A DNA stretch of 64,000 bases, from the NCBI GenBank assembly GCA_963730185.1, contig CAVSQW010000015.1:512001-576000 (forward strand), read 5' to 3'. A program made the position numbers and the translations under genes. The notes under the pieces are model-generated. The model ran no database searches. It saw only the letters and a program-made list of their open reading frames with translations, and was not told the origin of the DNA. Below, in pieces: positions 10,208-21,598 of this stretch. How positions within the stretch are numbered: the stretch's first letter is position 1; every line of letters begins with the position of its first letter. The stretch is from an uncultured Gemmatimonadales bacterium. Its GTDB lineage: Bacteria > Gemmatimonadota > Gemmatimonadetes > Gemmatimonadales > GWC2-71-9.

Positions 10208-13200
10208 TCAGGTCGGGCCGGCGTCGAGCACCTCCCGGATCTTCCGGGCCAGCAGGGCTCCGGTGTAGGGCTTGGCCAGGAACGGCAGGGAGTGGTCGGC
10301 GATGCCCTGCATCACCAGGGTGCTCTCGGTGTATCCCGAGACGAACAGCACCTTGAGCGAGGGCTGGCGCTGGCGGAGCACCGTCCAGAGCTGGGGCCCC
10401 CCATCTCCGGCATCACCACGTCCGTCAGGAGGAGATCGGGAGCTCGGCCCAGGCTGGCGTGGACCTCGAGCGCGTGGCGGCCGTTGCTGGCCTCGACGAC
10501 CAGATAGCCCGCCTGGCGGAGGATCCGGGAAGAGAGAGTCCGGACCTGGGTCTCGTCTTCCACGAGGAGGACGGTCTCCGAGCCCCGCTCCGGGGTCGTG
10601 GTCGGGGTTGGGCGGGCCGGTTCAACGCTGGGCTCGTCCACCCGGGGAAAGGCCACGACGAACGTGCTCCCCGACTCCGGCTCCGACTCGACCGTGACCA
10701 CGCCGCCGGCCTGGCGGATCATCCCGTAACAGGTCGAGAGCCCGAGGCCGGTGCCGTGGCCCGGCGCCTTGGTGGTGAAGAACGGCTCGAAGATCCGGGA
10801 GGCGATCCCGGGCGCCATCCCGTGACCGGTGTCGGCCACGGTCAGCAGCACGCAGGGGCCGGTGATCCGCTCGCCACCTGGGCCGACGCCGTCCCATCGT
10901 TCGGCGCTGGCCGTGGTGATGGTGAGCCGTCCGCCGCCGGTCATCGCGTCACGGGCGTTGACCGCCAGATTCATCAGCACCTGCTCGAGCTGGGCCGGAT
11001 CGGCCCGGATGATCGGGACCTGATCGGCAAGAACGGTGACCAGCTCGATGTCGGCGCCGATCAGGCGCCGGAGCATCCGGTCGACGTCGGTCACCAACCG
11101 GTTCAGGTCGACCGGCCGGGTCTCCACCACTTGCCGCCGGGCGAAGGTCAGGAGCTGGCTGGTCAGGGTCCGAGCCCGCTCGGCCGCCCGGGTGATCTCG
11201 TCGAGGTCACCTCGGGTCGCTTCGTCGGGGCCGGCCGTCTGACGGGCCAGCTCGGCGTAGCCGATGATGGCGGTGAGGATGTTGTTGAAGTCGTGGGCGA
11301 CGCCGCCGGCCAACCGACCCACCGTTTCCATCTTCTGGGCCTGGACCAGCTGGGCTTCGAGATGGCGCTGTTCCGAGACGTCCTGGCCGATCAGCAGCAC
11401 GGTCTCGGGGCGGCCGTCGGCCGACCGGGTGAAGACCGCACTCCGGACCGCGACGGTGCGGGCGGCCCGCGAGGCCGACCGGAGCTGGAGCTCGCCCTCC
11501 ACGATCTCGCCATCGGCCGCCCGCTGGAGCCGGTCCAGGTACTCGGCCGCCGAGGTCCGCTCCGATCCGTCGACCAAGGCCTCCCAGGTGAGCCCTCCGA
11601 CCAGCTCGTCGGGCGGGTAACCCAGCAGCCGCTCCACCTCCCGATTGGCGTAGATCAGCCGACCCGAGGCCAGCTCGAACTGGAGCAGGACCGAGGGGAC
11701 CGAGTCGGCGATCCGCTGGACCGCGAGTCGACTCTCCTCGAGCGCCCGCTCGGTTCGCCGGCGCTCCTCGACGTCGGCCGCCAGCGCCCGATTGAGCCGC
11801 TCCAGCTCCGCGTGGTGGAGACGGAGCCGGCGGAGGTAGGCGATCGCCAGACCCACGACCGCCGCCCCACCGAGGAGGATCGCGATCACCACCGGGGCAC
11901 GGCGATACCAGGGCGATGGCACCGAGAAGGTGGCGGCCGCGGGATGGGCGCCGATCTGGCCGAACAGGCCCTTGCCCTCGACCTCGACCCGGTGGGCCCC
12001 GGGCGAAAGCCGGAAGAGCGAGATCTGCCGGGTCAACGACCAGCCGGACCAGTCGCCCCCATCGAGCCGATACCGGGTCTCGATCCGGTCGGTCGGCGTG
12101 GTGCCCCAATAGGCCAGCGGGGTCCAGCGAAGAAGGACCTCGTCCGGGTAGGGGAGTGGCGTCGCGACGTCGACGGCGGGAGCGGGGAACGACGCCTCCG
12201 CGAGGTCGAGTTGGAAGAGACCCTCACCCCCGGCCAACACCCGATCCCGAAGAGGGAGGAGGGGCCAGAGCCTGGGGTTGTCGAGTCCGGAGCTCCGGTC
12301 GAAGAAGGAGACGGTGTCGCCCCGGAGCTGCCCCAACCCGGCGTGCGTGGTGAACCAGACGCTCCCGTCGGGGCCGATCCGGACCTCGCTCACCTCGTTG
12401 GCCGGCCGGTCCTCACCGAGGTCGACCCGCTCGATCCGGCCCGACGGGGTCAGGTGCCCCAGGCCCAAGCCGTAGAACCGATGGCAGAACCAGACCCCGC
12501 CGCTGCTGTCCACGGCGACGGAGTAGATCCGGGCGCCGACGCCCGCCGGGGTCGCCGGCCAATGAGTCCACTGACCGTCCTGAAGGCGCGACAGCCCCGC
12601 GTCGGTGCCGAACCAGAGCGCGCCGTCGGGGCCCTCCGCCAGGTCGTACACCCGCCCCCCACCCAGCTGGTCCGGCCCGATCCGGGCAAACCGGCGGCCG
12701 TCCCAGCGGAACGCGCCGGGTCCACCGGCCGCCGTGCTGTCGAGTCCGAGGAACCAGACCGACCCGCCTCTGGTGGTCACGATCCGATGGATCCGGGGCG
12801 CGTCGAGTCCGTCGGCCGGGCCGTAGTGGCGCCAGCTGCGGCCGTCGAATCGGAACGCCCCGACGAAGGTCGCTCCACTTCCCACCCAGATGCCGCCGGC
12901 GGTGTCCTGGGCCAGGGCGGTCACGGCGCCGAGCGGCTGGTCGGCGATGCTGGTGGCCTCGATCGGACGGCCCGCAGCCAGCTGCCGCACCAGTCCCCGT
13001 TCGGTGCCCAACCAGAGCTCGCCCGACCGGGCTCGGAGGATGGTGTTGACGAACCCGGTGAACTCGTCCCGCCCCGGGATTCGATAGTGGGTCCAGCGGC
13101 GGCCCGATGCCCGGAAGAGGAAGAGCCCACGAGGACCGATCGCCCAGTAGTCGCCGTTGTCGCGATGGACGATCTGCCGACTCCACTCGAGCGGTTCCGG

Positions 13201-14115
13201 CATCGGGTCGAGCCAGCGCCAGCTGCCGGCGTGTCGGACCGCCGCCCGGCCCTCCCAGAACACGATCAGCGCCTCGCCGGAGGGCGCGAGCGAGAGGGCG
13301 GAAATGGCCATTCCCGGCAGGCTCAGGGCCTCGGGCCGGCCACCGGGCCGCCACTGGTAGAGCTCGGAACCACTCGACCCCGTGCTCAGAATGCCGCCCG
13401 CCTCGGTTTCGCGGAAGATCGACGTGGGGCGGTCGAACCAGCGGGACCATCCGTCGTCACCGCGGAGCCAGACCCCCTCCGGGGTGATCAGCCACAGGTG
13501 GCCGGGTCGGGTTCGGAGCAGCCGCGTGGCCGACAGGGCCAGCAGCCGGGCGAGCGCGGGGGGCACCAGCTCGGCATCCGTCCCTCCGGAGACCGGATCC
13601 AGCCGATAGAGGGTGGAGTCGGCCAGCACGAGGAGCGTGGTCGAGTCGATCGGGGCCAGCCAGCGGGTGTGCCCCTGGGCAGCGGGTCCCGCCATCGGAA
13701 CCGTCGTCATCCCGGTTCGGGCGAGGTGGACCGGGCGGCTGTTGACGACGGCCCAGGCCCCGCCGTGCCCGTCCGGGACCAGCCGTCGTGGTCCGGTGCC
13801 CGGGCCGAGCTCCGGGGCGACGCGATGCCACCGATAGCCGTCGAACCAGCCGACGCCCAGGTCGGTCGCCACCCAGGTGGTGCCATTCGATTCGAGCACT
13901 TCGATCAGGCGCCCCGAGGGAATCCCCGTCTCGGGGCCGAAGCGCACCCAACGCCACTCCTGGCCTTCCGCGGGGATGGCGGCTGCCGCCGGCGCCTGGC
14001 CGCTGGCCGGCCGGCCCACCAGCGCGAGGGCGAACACCGCCCCGCCCACCCTGATCAGGCGGCAAATCGATCGGAGAGCGCCGGGCAGTTGAGAGGCCGG
14101 CGGGCAAGGGACCAT
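10208..14115 (-). CDS. Hybrid sensor histidine kinase: beta-propeller sensor + Y_Y_Y + TM + PAS + HisKA/HATPase + receiver (frameshift near 10392)
   Basis: Repeated G.LW.GT..GL blades; [22 protein letters not shown]-box; [24 protein letters not shown]; receiver [15 protein letters not shown], continuing out of frame to FLAKPYT...REVLDAGPT*. Start uncertain. Confidence 0.88.
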
Positions 14116-14237
14116 GATCTCGGGGCGGGTGGAAGCATGTCAAACCTACACCTGAATCCCTGACCTTCGCAGAATCTGGAACCCGGCTCCGATGATTCGG
14201 GTTGTCGGCCGGACCCGCGAGGAGGACAGCTTGGGGC

Positions 14238-14648
14238 ATGCGATCGCCGAACGTGCACCTTCCGTTGGCCGAATGGCGGGACCCGCGTCACCGCCTGGGT
14301 CTCGCCGGCGAGGTCGCCGCGGCCCGGTTTCTCGAGGCGGCGGGGTTCGTGATCGAGGCCCATCGGTTCCGGATGGGCCACCACGACCTCGATCTGGTCG
14401 CCAGGCACGGAACCCTGGTCGCGTTCGTGGAAGTGAAGACCCGGCGCACCACGGCCTTCGGTCATCCAGCGGGCTCGATCGGGTGGCGGCGTCGGCGAGA
14501 TCTGGCCCGGTTGGCCACGCTCTGGGTGATGCGGCACGGTCGGGCGGGGGATCGATATCGTTTCGACGTGGTGATGGTGCAATGGGAGGGGCCTGGTTTT
14601 CCACACGTTTCCCACATTGCGGATGCGTGGAGGGTGGTTGAAAAGTGA
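14238..14648 (+). CDS. yraN: YraN family PD-(D/E)XK nuclease
   Basis: GLAGEVAAARFL..G..I...DLDLVA...LVAFVEVKTR...YRFDVV; GGAGGA RBS upstream. Confidence 0.85.
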   Translation: MRSPNVHLPLAEWRDPRHRLGLAGEVAAARFLEAAGFVIEAHRFRMGHHDLDLVARHGTLVAFVEVKTRRTTAFGHPAGSIGWRRRRDLARLATLWVMRHGRAGDRYRFDVVMVQWEGPGFPHVSHIADAWRVVEK

Positions 14649-14660
14649 AAAAGTGCCCCC

Positions 14661-14689
14661 TTGTTTCGGCGAATGTTCGGCAATAGATT
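14661..14689 (+). promoter_or_regulatory. Putative sigma70 promoter of recA with an overlapping candidate repressor site
   Basis: TTGTTT (14661-14666), 17 nt, TAGATT (14684-14689); TTCGGC direct repeat at 11-bp period across the -35 and spacer. Confidence 0.5.
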
Positions 14690-14795
14690 TGGTGCAGGTA
14701 TTCCAGTGAAGCGAAATAGGCCACTTTCTGACAGGTCGATCCGGTCTCGCAACCGAGCCGACAAGCCATCCCAACCGTCTCATCGAGGTCAACCA

Positions 14796-15848
14796 ATGCC
14801 TGTTCAGGAAGCTCGGCAGGACGCCGATCGCAAGAAGGCCCTCAACCTGGCCATCGCCCAGATCGAGAAGCAGCTGGGAAAGGGCTCGATCATGCGGATG
14901 GGGACGGATGTGCCGAAGGAGCGGATCGCCGTGATCCCGACGGGTGCCATCAACCTCGATGCCGCCGTCGGGGTCGGTGGGGTGCCCCGGGGGCGGATCA
15001 CCGAGATCTACGGGCCGGAGTCGTCGGGCAAGACGACGCTCTGTCTCCATCTGGCGGCCAACGTCCAGCGGGCCGGTGGGGTGGCGGCCTACGTGGACGC
15101 GGAGCACGCGCTCGACGTGGAGTATGCCCGTCGGCTCGGCGTCGACGTCGACAACCTGCTCGTGTCCCAGCCGGACACGGGCGAGCAGGCCCTCGAGATC
15201 GTCGAAATTCTGGTCCGGTCCGGGGCGGTGGACCTGGTGATCATCGATTCGGTGGCGGCCCTGGTGCCGAAGGCCGAAATCGAAGGCGAGATGGGCGACA
15301 GCCACGTTGGGCTCCAGGCCCGGCTCATGAGCCAGGCGCTCCGGAAGCTGGCCGGGGCGATCAACCGGTCGCACACCTCGGTCGTGTTCATCAACCAGCT
15401 TCGGGAGAAGATCGGCGTCATGTTCGGGAATCCCGAGACGACCACCGGCGGCAAGGCGCTGAAGTTCTACGCCTCGCTTCGGCTCGACATCCGGCGGATC
15501 GGACCGGTCAAGGAGCGCGAGAACGTGATCGGCAACCGGGTGCGGGTGAAGGTGGTGAAGAACAAGGTGGCGCCGCCGTTCAAGCAGGCCGAGTTCGACG
15601 TGTTGTTCGACGAGGGGATCAGTCATGCCGGCCTGCTGGTGGATCTGGCCAGCGAGGCCAACATCATCCAGAAGTCGGGCGCCTGGTATTCCTACGGCGA
15701 CCAGCGGGTCGGGCAGGGTCGGGAGAATGCCAAGCTGTTCCTCAAGGACAACCCCGAGCTGCTCGCCGACGTGGAGCTGAAGGTCAAGGAGTGGCTGGGC
15801 CTCCGGCCAGCGGAGGTCGAGGCCGAGGATGAAGGCGCCGCCAAGTAG
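14796..15848 (+). CDS. recA: Recombinase RecA
   Basis: [78 protein letters not shown]. Confidence 0.99.
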   Translation: MPVQEARQDADRKKALNLAIAQIEKQLGKGSIMRMGTDVPKERIAVIPTGAINLDAAVGVGGVPRGRITEIYGPESSGKTTLCLHLAANVQRAGGVAAYVDAEHALDVEYARRLGVDVDNLLVSQPDTGEQALEIVEILVRSGAVDLVIIDSVAALVPKAEIEGEMGDSHVGLQARLMSQALRKLAGAINRSHTSVVFINQLREKIGVMFGNPETTTGGKALKFYASLRLDIRRIGPVKERENVIGNRVRVKVVKNKVAPPFKQAEFDVLFDEGISHAGLLVDLASEANIIQKSGAWYSYGDQRVGQGRENAKLFLKDNPELLADVELKVKEWLGLRPAEVEAEDEGAAK

Positions 15849-16465
15849 TCCGGTCGAGCGGATCGTCGCCGATTCGCGGATCGAGGGGGCCGTCCGGCTG
15901 GTCATCGAAGGCCGGACGGCGCTCACGGTGCCGATCGAGACCGCCCAGGCGGAAGGGGTCGTCGTCGGGACGGTTCTGGAAGAGGCCTCGTTCGCTCGGC
16001 TCTGCGAGGCCGCGGACCGGGCGGCCGCCTTCCGGACGGCGCTCCGGCTGCTCGAACGGAGGCCGTTCGCCCGGCGCGACCTCGGGCGTCGGCTTCGCCT
16101 CAAGGGACACCTCCCGGCCGCGGTGGACACCGCGCTGGAGCGAGCTGAGCGGGCCGGGCTTCTGGACGACGAGCGGTTCGCCCGGCACTTCGTTCAGACC
16201 CGGACCGCCCGGGGACGCGGGCCGGCCCGCCTCCGGCGGGAGCTGATCATGCAGGGCGTTCCCGACGCCGTGGTCGACCGGGTGCTGGCCGAGGAGGTGT
16301 CCGAGGACGCCAGCCGGGCGGCCATGGAGGCCCTGGCCCGGAAGCGGGCCCAGCCAGCTCCGGGGGCTGGACCGGGAGGTGCGGGTCCGGCGGGTGGTCG
16401 CCTACCTGGCCCGCCGGGGCTATGCCGGGTCGGACGTTCGGCGGGTTGTCCGGGAGGTGGCGTAG
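15829..16465 (+). CDS. recX: Regulatory protein RecX (frameshift near 16350)
   Basis: ALRLLERR...GLLDDERFA...[15 protein letters not shown]; out-of-frame continuation [10 protein letters not shown]...REVA*; directly after recA. Confidence 0.85.
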
Positions 16466-16473
16466 CGGAGCGA

Positions 16474-16580
16474 TTGGGGGGATGGGGGGAGACGGGTAAA
16501 GAAGCTGTCCCTCCCCGTCCCTCCCCATCCCTCCCCATCCCTCCCCATCCCTCCCCGTCCCCCGCCCCCCATCCCCCCAT
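16474..16580. repeat. Decamer tandem repeat (TCCCTCCCCR x5) with a preceding G-rich inverted arm
   Basis: Five units at 16508-16557; ggggggatgggggg near 16476 is complementary to ccccccatcccccc near 16565. Confidence 0.85.
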
Positions 16581-16591
16581 ATATTGCCCCC

Positions 16592-19229
16592 ATGCAAGCC
16601 AGTACGATTCGCCGCCTCTTCCTGGACTACTTTCGGGACCGGGAGCACCGCGAGGTGCCCAGCTCCTCGCTGGTGCCCGCCGACGATCCGACCCTGCTCT
16701 TCACCAACGCCGGGATGGTGCAGTTCAAGCGCACCTTCCTGGGGCAGGAGCCGCGCGACTATCTCCGGGCGGTCACCTGTCAGAAGTGCGTCCGCGCGGG
16801 CGGCAAGCACAACGACCTCGAGCAGGTGGGCCTGACCAAGCGGCACCACACCTTCTTCGAGATGCTCGGCAACTTCTCCTTCGGCGACTACTTCAAGCGC
16901 GACGCGATCGCGCTTCGCCTGGGAGTTCGTCACCGTCGCCGAGCTACCTCGGGCTCCCTCCCGATCGGCTCTGGGTCACGGTGCACCACACCGACGACGA
17001 GGCCCGGTCGCTCTGGCGGGAGATTTCCGGGCTGCCGGCCACGGCCGATCTTCGGTCTGGGCGACAAGGACAACTTCTGGCAGATGGGCGACACCGGGCC
17101 GTGCGGGCCCTGCTCGGAGATCTACGTCGACCTCGAGTGGAAGCCGGGGCACCAGCCGGCGGCGTGTACACCCAGGCGGAGTTCGAGGAGCTGGCCGAGT
17201 CGGGCCGGTTCCTCGAGATCTGGAATCTGGTCTTCATGCAGTTCGACCGCTCGGCCGACGGGACGCTGACCCCGCTGCCCAAGCCGTCGGTCGACACCGG
17301 CGCCGGGCTGGAGCGGATCGCGTCGGTGCTCCAGGGCGCTGACGACAACTTTCACACCGATCTGTTCGTCCCGATTCTCGATGGGGTCGGGCGAGCTGGT
17401 GGGGACGCCCTATCCGGCGGCATGGCGGGGCCGGGCGCCTCGTACCGGGTGCTGGCCGACCACGCCCGGGCGGTGACCTTCCTGCTCGCCGACGGGGTCT
17501 ATCCGAGCAACGAGGGCCGGGGGTACGTGCTCCGCCGGATTCTCCGCCGGGCGGTTCGGCACGGGTGGCTCCTCGGCCGCCGCGAGGCGACGCTGGCGCC
17601 CGCTGACGCGGGTGGTGATCGAGCTGCTCGGCGGCGTCTATCCCGAGATCGCGGCCAAGGCCGACTTCATCGAGACCGTCACCGACCCAGGAGGAGGTCC
17701 GGTTCCTCGAGACCATCGAGGGCGGGCTCAAGCGGCTGGACGAGCTCTTCGGGGCCGGCGCGAGTTCGATCAGCGGCGACGAGGCCTTCCGTCTCTACGA
17801 CACCTTCGGCTTTCCGATCGACCTGACTCAGCTGATCGCGGCCGAGCGCAACGTGACGGTGGACCTCGAGGGGTTCGAGCCGAGCCCTCGAGGCGCAGCG
17901 CGAGCGCTCCCGGAGCGCTCAGGCCGTCTCCCGCGACGACCCCGGCCGCCGCCGGGGACGACGAAGACGGGTGGCGCGGGGTCGGGAAGGGCGAGCAGCG
18001 GTTCGTCGGGTACGAGCGGACCGAGGCGGATACCGAGATCCTGGCCTACCGGACCACCGGCGACCGGGTGGATCTGGTGCTCCGCGAGAACCCGTTCTAC
18101 GTGGAGTCGGGCGGCCAGGTCGGCGACACCGGGTTGGTCACGGGCGAGGGGTGGACTCTCGCCGTCGAGGGCGTGCGGAAGAGCCCCCGGGGGTCGGTGC
18201 TCACCGGCCGCTGGACGGCCGACCGGCCCTTCGAGCCCACCCGGGTCAAGGCCGCGGTGGATCGCGACCGGCGCCGGAACATCGAGCGGAATCACAGCGC
18301 GACCCATCTGGTGCACTGGGCGCTCCGCCAGCGGCTCGGCGATCACGTGCGCCAGCAGGGCTCGCTGGTCGAGGCGGACCGGCTCCGGTTCGACTTCAGC
18401 CACCACGGTCCGATCGACCCGGGGGAGCTGGAGGCGATCGAGCGCGACGTGAACGAGCAGGTCTGGGCCAACGCTGCCGGTGGAGATTCGGGAGATGGCT
18501 TACCCCGACGCGCTCGCGCTCGGGGCGATGGCCTTCTTCGCCGACAAGTACGGCGACCGGGTCAGGGTCGTGACGATGGGACCGAGCATCGAGCTGTGCG
18601 GAGGCACCCACGTGGGGTCGACCGGCGCGCTGGGGCTGCTGCGGGTTGCCGGCCAGGGCGGGGTGGCGGCCGGGGTCCGGCGGATCGAGGCCGTGACCGG
18701 ACCGGGAGCGTACCAGGCCGTGTCGGCGATCGACCAGCGGCTGACGGAGGCGGCCACCCGGCTCAAGTCGCAGCCCGAGCATCTGGCCCGGCGGATCGAT
18801 CAGCTCCTGGAGGAACGGGCCCGGCTCGAGGAACGCCTGGCCGAGGCGCGAAAGCGCGGCGCCCTCGATGACGCCGCGGGCCGGGAGACCCTGTCGGTGG
18901 ATGGGATCGCGCTCAGCCTGGGCGACACCGATCTCGAGGACCGGAACGAGGTGGCCGAGAACGCCGACCGGTTCCGGAGCGGACGGCAGGCTGGCGTGCT
19001 GGTGCTGTTCGCGGGCGGTGGGCGGGGCGCGATTCACGTGGCCGTGACCGACGACCTGGTCAAACGGGGGAAGAAGGCGGGCGATCTGGTGAACCGGATT
19101 GCCGCCGTGAGCGGTGGCAAGGGCGGTGGGCGGCCCGCCTTCGCCTCGGCCAGCGCCGGCGATCCGACCAAGCTGGGCGCGGCCCGCGAGGCCACGCCCG
19201 GCATCGTGGCGGAATGGCTGACCAGCTGA
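16592..19229 (+). CDS. alaS: Alanine--tRNA ligase (many frameshifts, probably sequencing errors)
   Basis: [113 protein letters not shown] across several frames. Confidence 0.95.
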
Positions 19230-19525
19230 CCGGGGCCTGGCTCGAAGCGCGGTTGGAGGACGGCCCCGAGGTGCTGTCCCGGCGGACCCGCGAGTTCATC
19301 GCGGCCGAGCCGAAGGGCGACGACCTGTCGAGCCGGCTGGCGCGGGCGGCGCGCCGGGCCCTGGCCCGGGCGGTGGCCCACCCCGCCGACCGGGACTCGG
19401 CCCTCGACCTGTTGGCCGCCGACGCCCTGGTGACGCTGGCGTTGGCCGCTCGGGTGGAGAGCGAGCCCGAGGGGCTGGCCGCCTTCGCCGCCGCCATCCG
19501 CCGGGCCGAGGAGGGGAGTGCGTGA
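19214..19525 (+). CDS. Hypothetical alpha-helical protein
   Basis: Fills the gap between alaS and the PHP gene and overlaps both; ALDLLAADALVTLA core. Confidence 0.6.
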   Translation: MADQLTGAWLEARLEDGPEVLSRRTREFIAAEPKGDDLSSRLARAARRALARAVAHPADRDSALDLLAADALVTLALAARVESEPEGLAAFAAAIRRAEEGSA

Positions 19526-20286
19526 TCGATCTCCACTCGCATCTCCTGCCCGGCGTCGACGACGGCTCGCGATCGCTCGACCAGTCGGTCGCCGTTCTGG
19601 AGCGGATGGCCGCCGGCGGAGTGACCGAGATCTGTCTGACGCCGCACCTCCTGTCCAGCAAGGTGAGCGAGGGTCCGCCGCCGGCTCACGACGAAGCCTT
19701 CGCCGCGCTCAGTGCGGTCGCGCCGCGCTCGATCCGTCTCCGTCGGGGTGCCGAGGTGATGCTCGACAAGGTCCTCACCACCCGGGCGGCGCTCGCTCGC
19801 CGGATCACGCTCGGTGGGGGGCGGCACGTGCTGGTGGAATTTCCCCGGATGGTGGCGCCTCCGGCGGCGACCGCGGCCCTCGGCGGGGTGATCGAGAGCG
19901 GGCTCGTCCCGCTCCTGGCCCATCCGGAACGGTATCCGGCGGTCTCGCCGGCCGTGGTGCAGCAGTGGCGGAGCATGGGGGTGTTGATGCAGGTGGACGC
20001 GACGACGCTCTTCCAGCCGACCAACCGGGGCCTCCGCGCGCGAGACCTGGTGGGACGGGGGCTGGCCGACGTCATGGCGGGCGACAATCATGGCGACGAG
20101 CGGTCGGTGATCGAGCCGTTCCGCCGGCTCGCCGGTTCGGGCGGGGAGGACGTCGCGACGCTCCTGGCGGTGACCAACCCGGCCCGGATCCTGGCCGACG
20201 AGCGAACCGAGCCGGTCGAGCCCTTCGAGGTGAAGGTGTCGCTGATCTCGCGGATGCGGAGCTGGATCGAGGGCCTCCAGCCATGA
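19522..20286 (+). CDS. CpsB/CapC-family PHP tyrosine-protein phosphatase
   Basis: MIDLHSHLLPGVDDGS, LTPH, GAEV, VLVEF, LLAHPERY, DNH, NPARIL. Confidence 0.9.
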   Translation: MIDLHSHLLPGVDDGSRSLDQSVAVLERMAAGGVTEICLTPHLLSSKVSEGPPPAHDEAFAALSAVAPRSIRLRRGAEVMLDKVLTTRAALARRITLGGGRHVLVEFPRMVAPPAATAALGGVIESGLVPLLAHPERYPAVSPAVVQQWRSMGVLMQVDATTLFQPTNRGLRARDLVGRGLADVMAGDNHGDERSVIEPFRRLAGSGGEDVATLLAVTNPARILADERTEPVEPFEVKVSLISRMRSWIEGLQP

Positions 20287-20852
20287 GGCCCGAGCGGATT
20301 CGAGCCGGCCTCGCCGAGCTGGCCACGCTGGCAGGGCGGATGAGCGAGGAGGCCGAGGTGGTGGGGCGGGTGGCCGAGCGGTTCGCCGCAACGCTGCGGG
20401 CGGGCGGCACGCTGTTCTTCGCGGGGAACGGCGGCAGCGCGGCCGACGCCCAGCATCTGGCCACGGAGTACGTGGTCCGGTTCCGGCGGGCCCGGCCGGC
20501 GTTCCGGGCGGTGGCCCTCACTACCGATTCCTCCCTGCTGACGGCCGCGGCCAACGATCTCGGCTTCGATCAGGTCTTTGCCCGGCAGGTCGAGGCGCTG
20601 GTCCGGCCGGGCGACCTGCTGGTGCTCCACAGCACGAGCGGCGAGAGCGCGAACCTGATCGCCGCGGCGGAGGCCGCCCGCGCGCGGGGCGCCGAGGTGG
20701 TGGCGTTCCTCGGGCGGGGCGGCGGCCGGCTGCGGAGCCGGGCGACCGAGGTTGTGGTGGTCCCGTCGGACGACACGGCCCGGATTCAAGAGCTGCACTT
20801 GGCATTGGAACATCTCATCGTGGACGTGGTGGAGGAGGCGTTGTCGGCATGA
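20283..20852 (+). CDS. gmhA: Phosphoheptose (sedoheptulose-7-phosphate) isomerase
   Basis: GNGGSAADAQHLATE, LTTDSSLLTAAANDLGFDQVFARQV, STSGES, TARIQELH. Confidence 0.92.
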   Translation: MRPERIRAGLAELATLAGRMSEEAEVVGRVAERFAATLRAGGTLFFAGNGGSAADAQHLATEYVVRFRRARPAFRAVALTTDSSLLTAAANDLGFDQVFARQVEALVRPGDLLVLHSTSGESANLIAAAEAARARGAEVVAFLGRGGGRLRSRATEVVVVPSDDTARIQELHLALEHLIVDVVEEALSA

Positions 20853-21598
20853 TTTCGTTGGCAGGCAAGTCGGTGTTGGTGACGGGGGGCTCGCGAGGGA
20901 TCGGACGGGAGACGGCGCTGATGTGCGCCCGGGCCGGGGCCAACGTGGGGGTGACCTATCACACCCGCGCGGCGGACGCCGAGGCGGTGGCCAAGCAGGT
21001 GCGGTCGATGGGCCGCAAGGCGTACGCGGGCGGGGGCGACCTCAGCGATCCGTCCGTGGTGGATCAGATCTTCCGGGAGACGAAGGCGGCGTTCGGCGGG
21101 CTCGACGGCTTCGTCGCCAACGCCGGCGTCTGGCCGCCGGACGAGGTGCCCCTGGTCGCGATGACCGACGCGCGCTGGAGCTCCACCATCAGGCAGAACC
21201 TCGACGCGGTGTTCCTGACCACCCGGGCGGCGCTCAAGCTGATCCGTCCGGGCGGCTCGGTGGTGCTGGTGTCGAGCACCGCCGGCCAGCGGGGCGAGGC
21301 CTACCACGCCGACTATGCCGCGACCAAGGGCGCCTTGATCGCGATGACCAAGTCGCTCTGCGTGGAATGCGGGCCGGACGTCCGGGTCAACTGCGTCGCC
21401 CCGGGTTGGGTCGACACGGAGATGAGCGCCGGCTCGCTCGCGACCGATCGGGCCCGGATTGAGGCAACCATTCCGCTCGGCCGGGTGCCACCCGCCGAGG
21501 ATCTGGCCGGGCCGATCCTGTTCATGTTGAGCGATCTGGCCCGGCACGTGACGGGCGAGGTGCTCAACGTCAACGGGGGGAGCGTTCTCTGTGGGTGA
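20849..21598 (+). CDS. SDR family oxidoreductase (FabG-like)
   Basis: VTGGSRGIG, NAG, YAATK, VNCVAPGWVDT, VTGEVLNVNGG. Confidence 0.9.
   Translation: MISLAGKSVLVTGGSRGIGRETALMCARAGANVGVTYHTRAADAEAVAKQVRSMGRKAYAGGGDLSDPSVVDQIFRETKAAFGGLDGFVANAGVWPPDEVPLVAMTDARWSSTIRQNLDAVFLTTRAALKLIRPGGSVVLVSSTAGQRGEAYHADYAATKGALIAMTKSLCVECGPDVRVNCVAPGWVDTEMSAGSLATDRARIEATIPLGRVPPAEDLAGPILFMLSDLARHVTGEVLNVNGGSVLCG

Noticed and set aside
10459..14163. 1234-aa plus-strand ORF and many other long antisense or alternative-frame ORFs (e.g. 5941..7749, 14055..16130, 51994..53484)
   Set aside because: Shadow ORFs expected at very high GC; they lie opposite well-supported genes and have no motifs.
16592..19229. Programmed frameshifting or pseudogenisation of alaS and other genes
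   Set aside because: There are too many breaks, no consistent slippery motif, and the genes are essential and otherwise well conserved; sequencing error is simpler.
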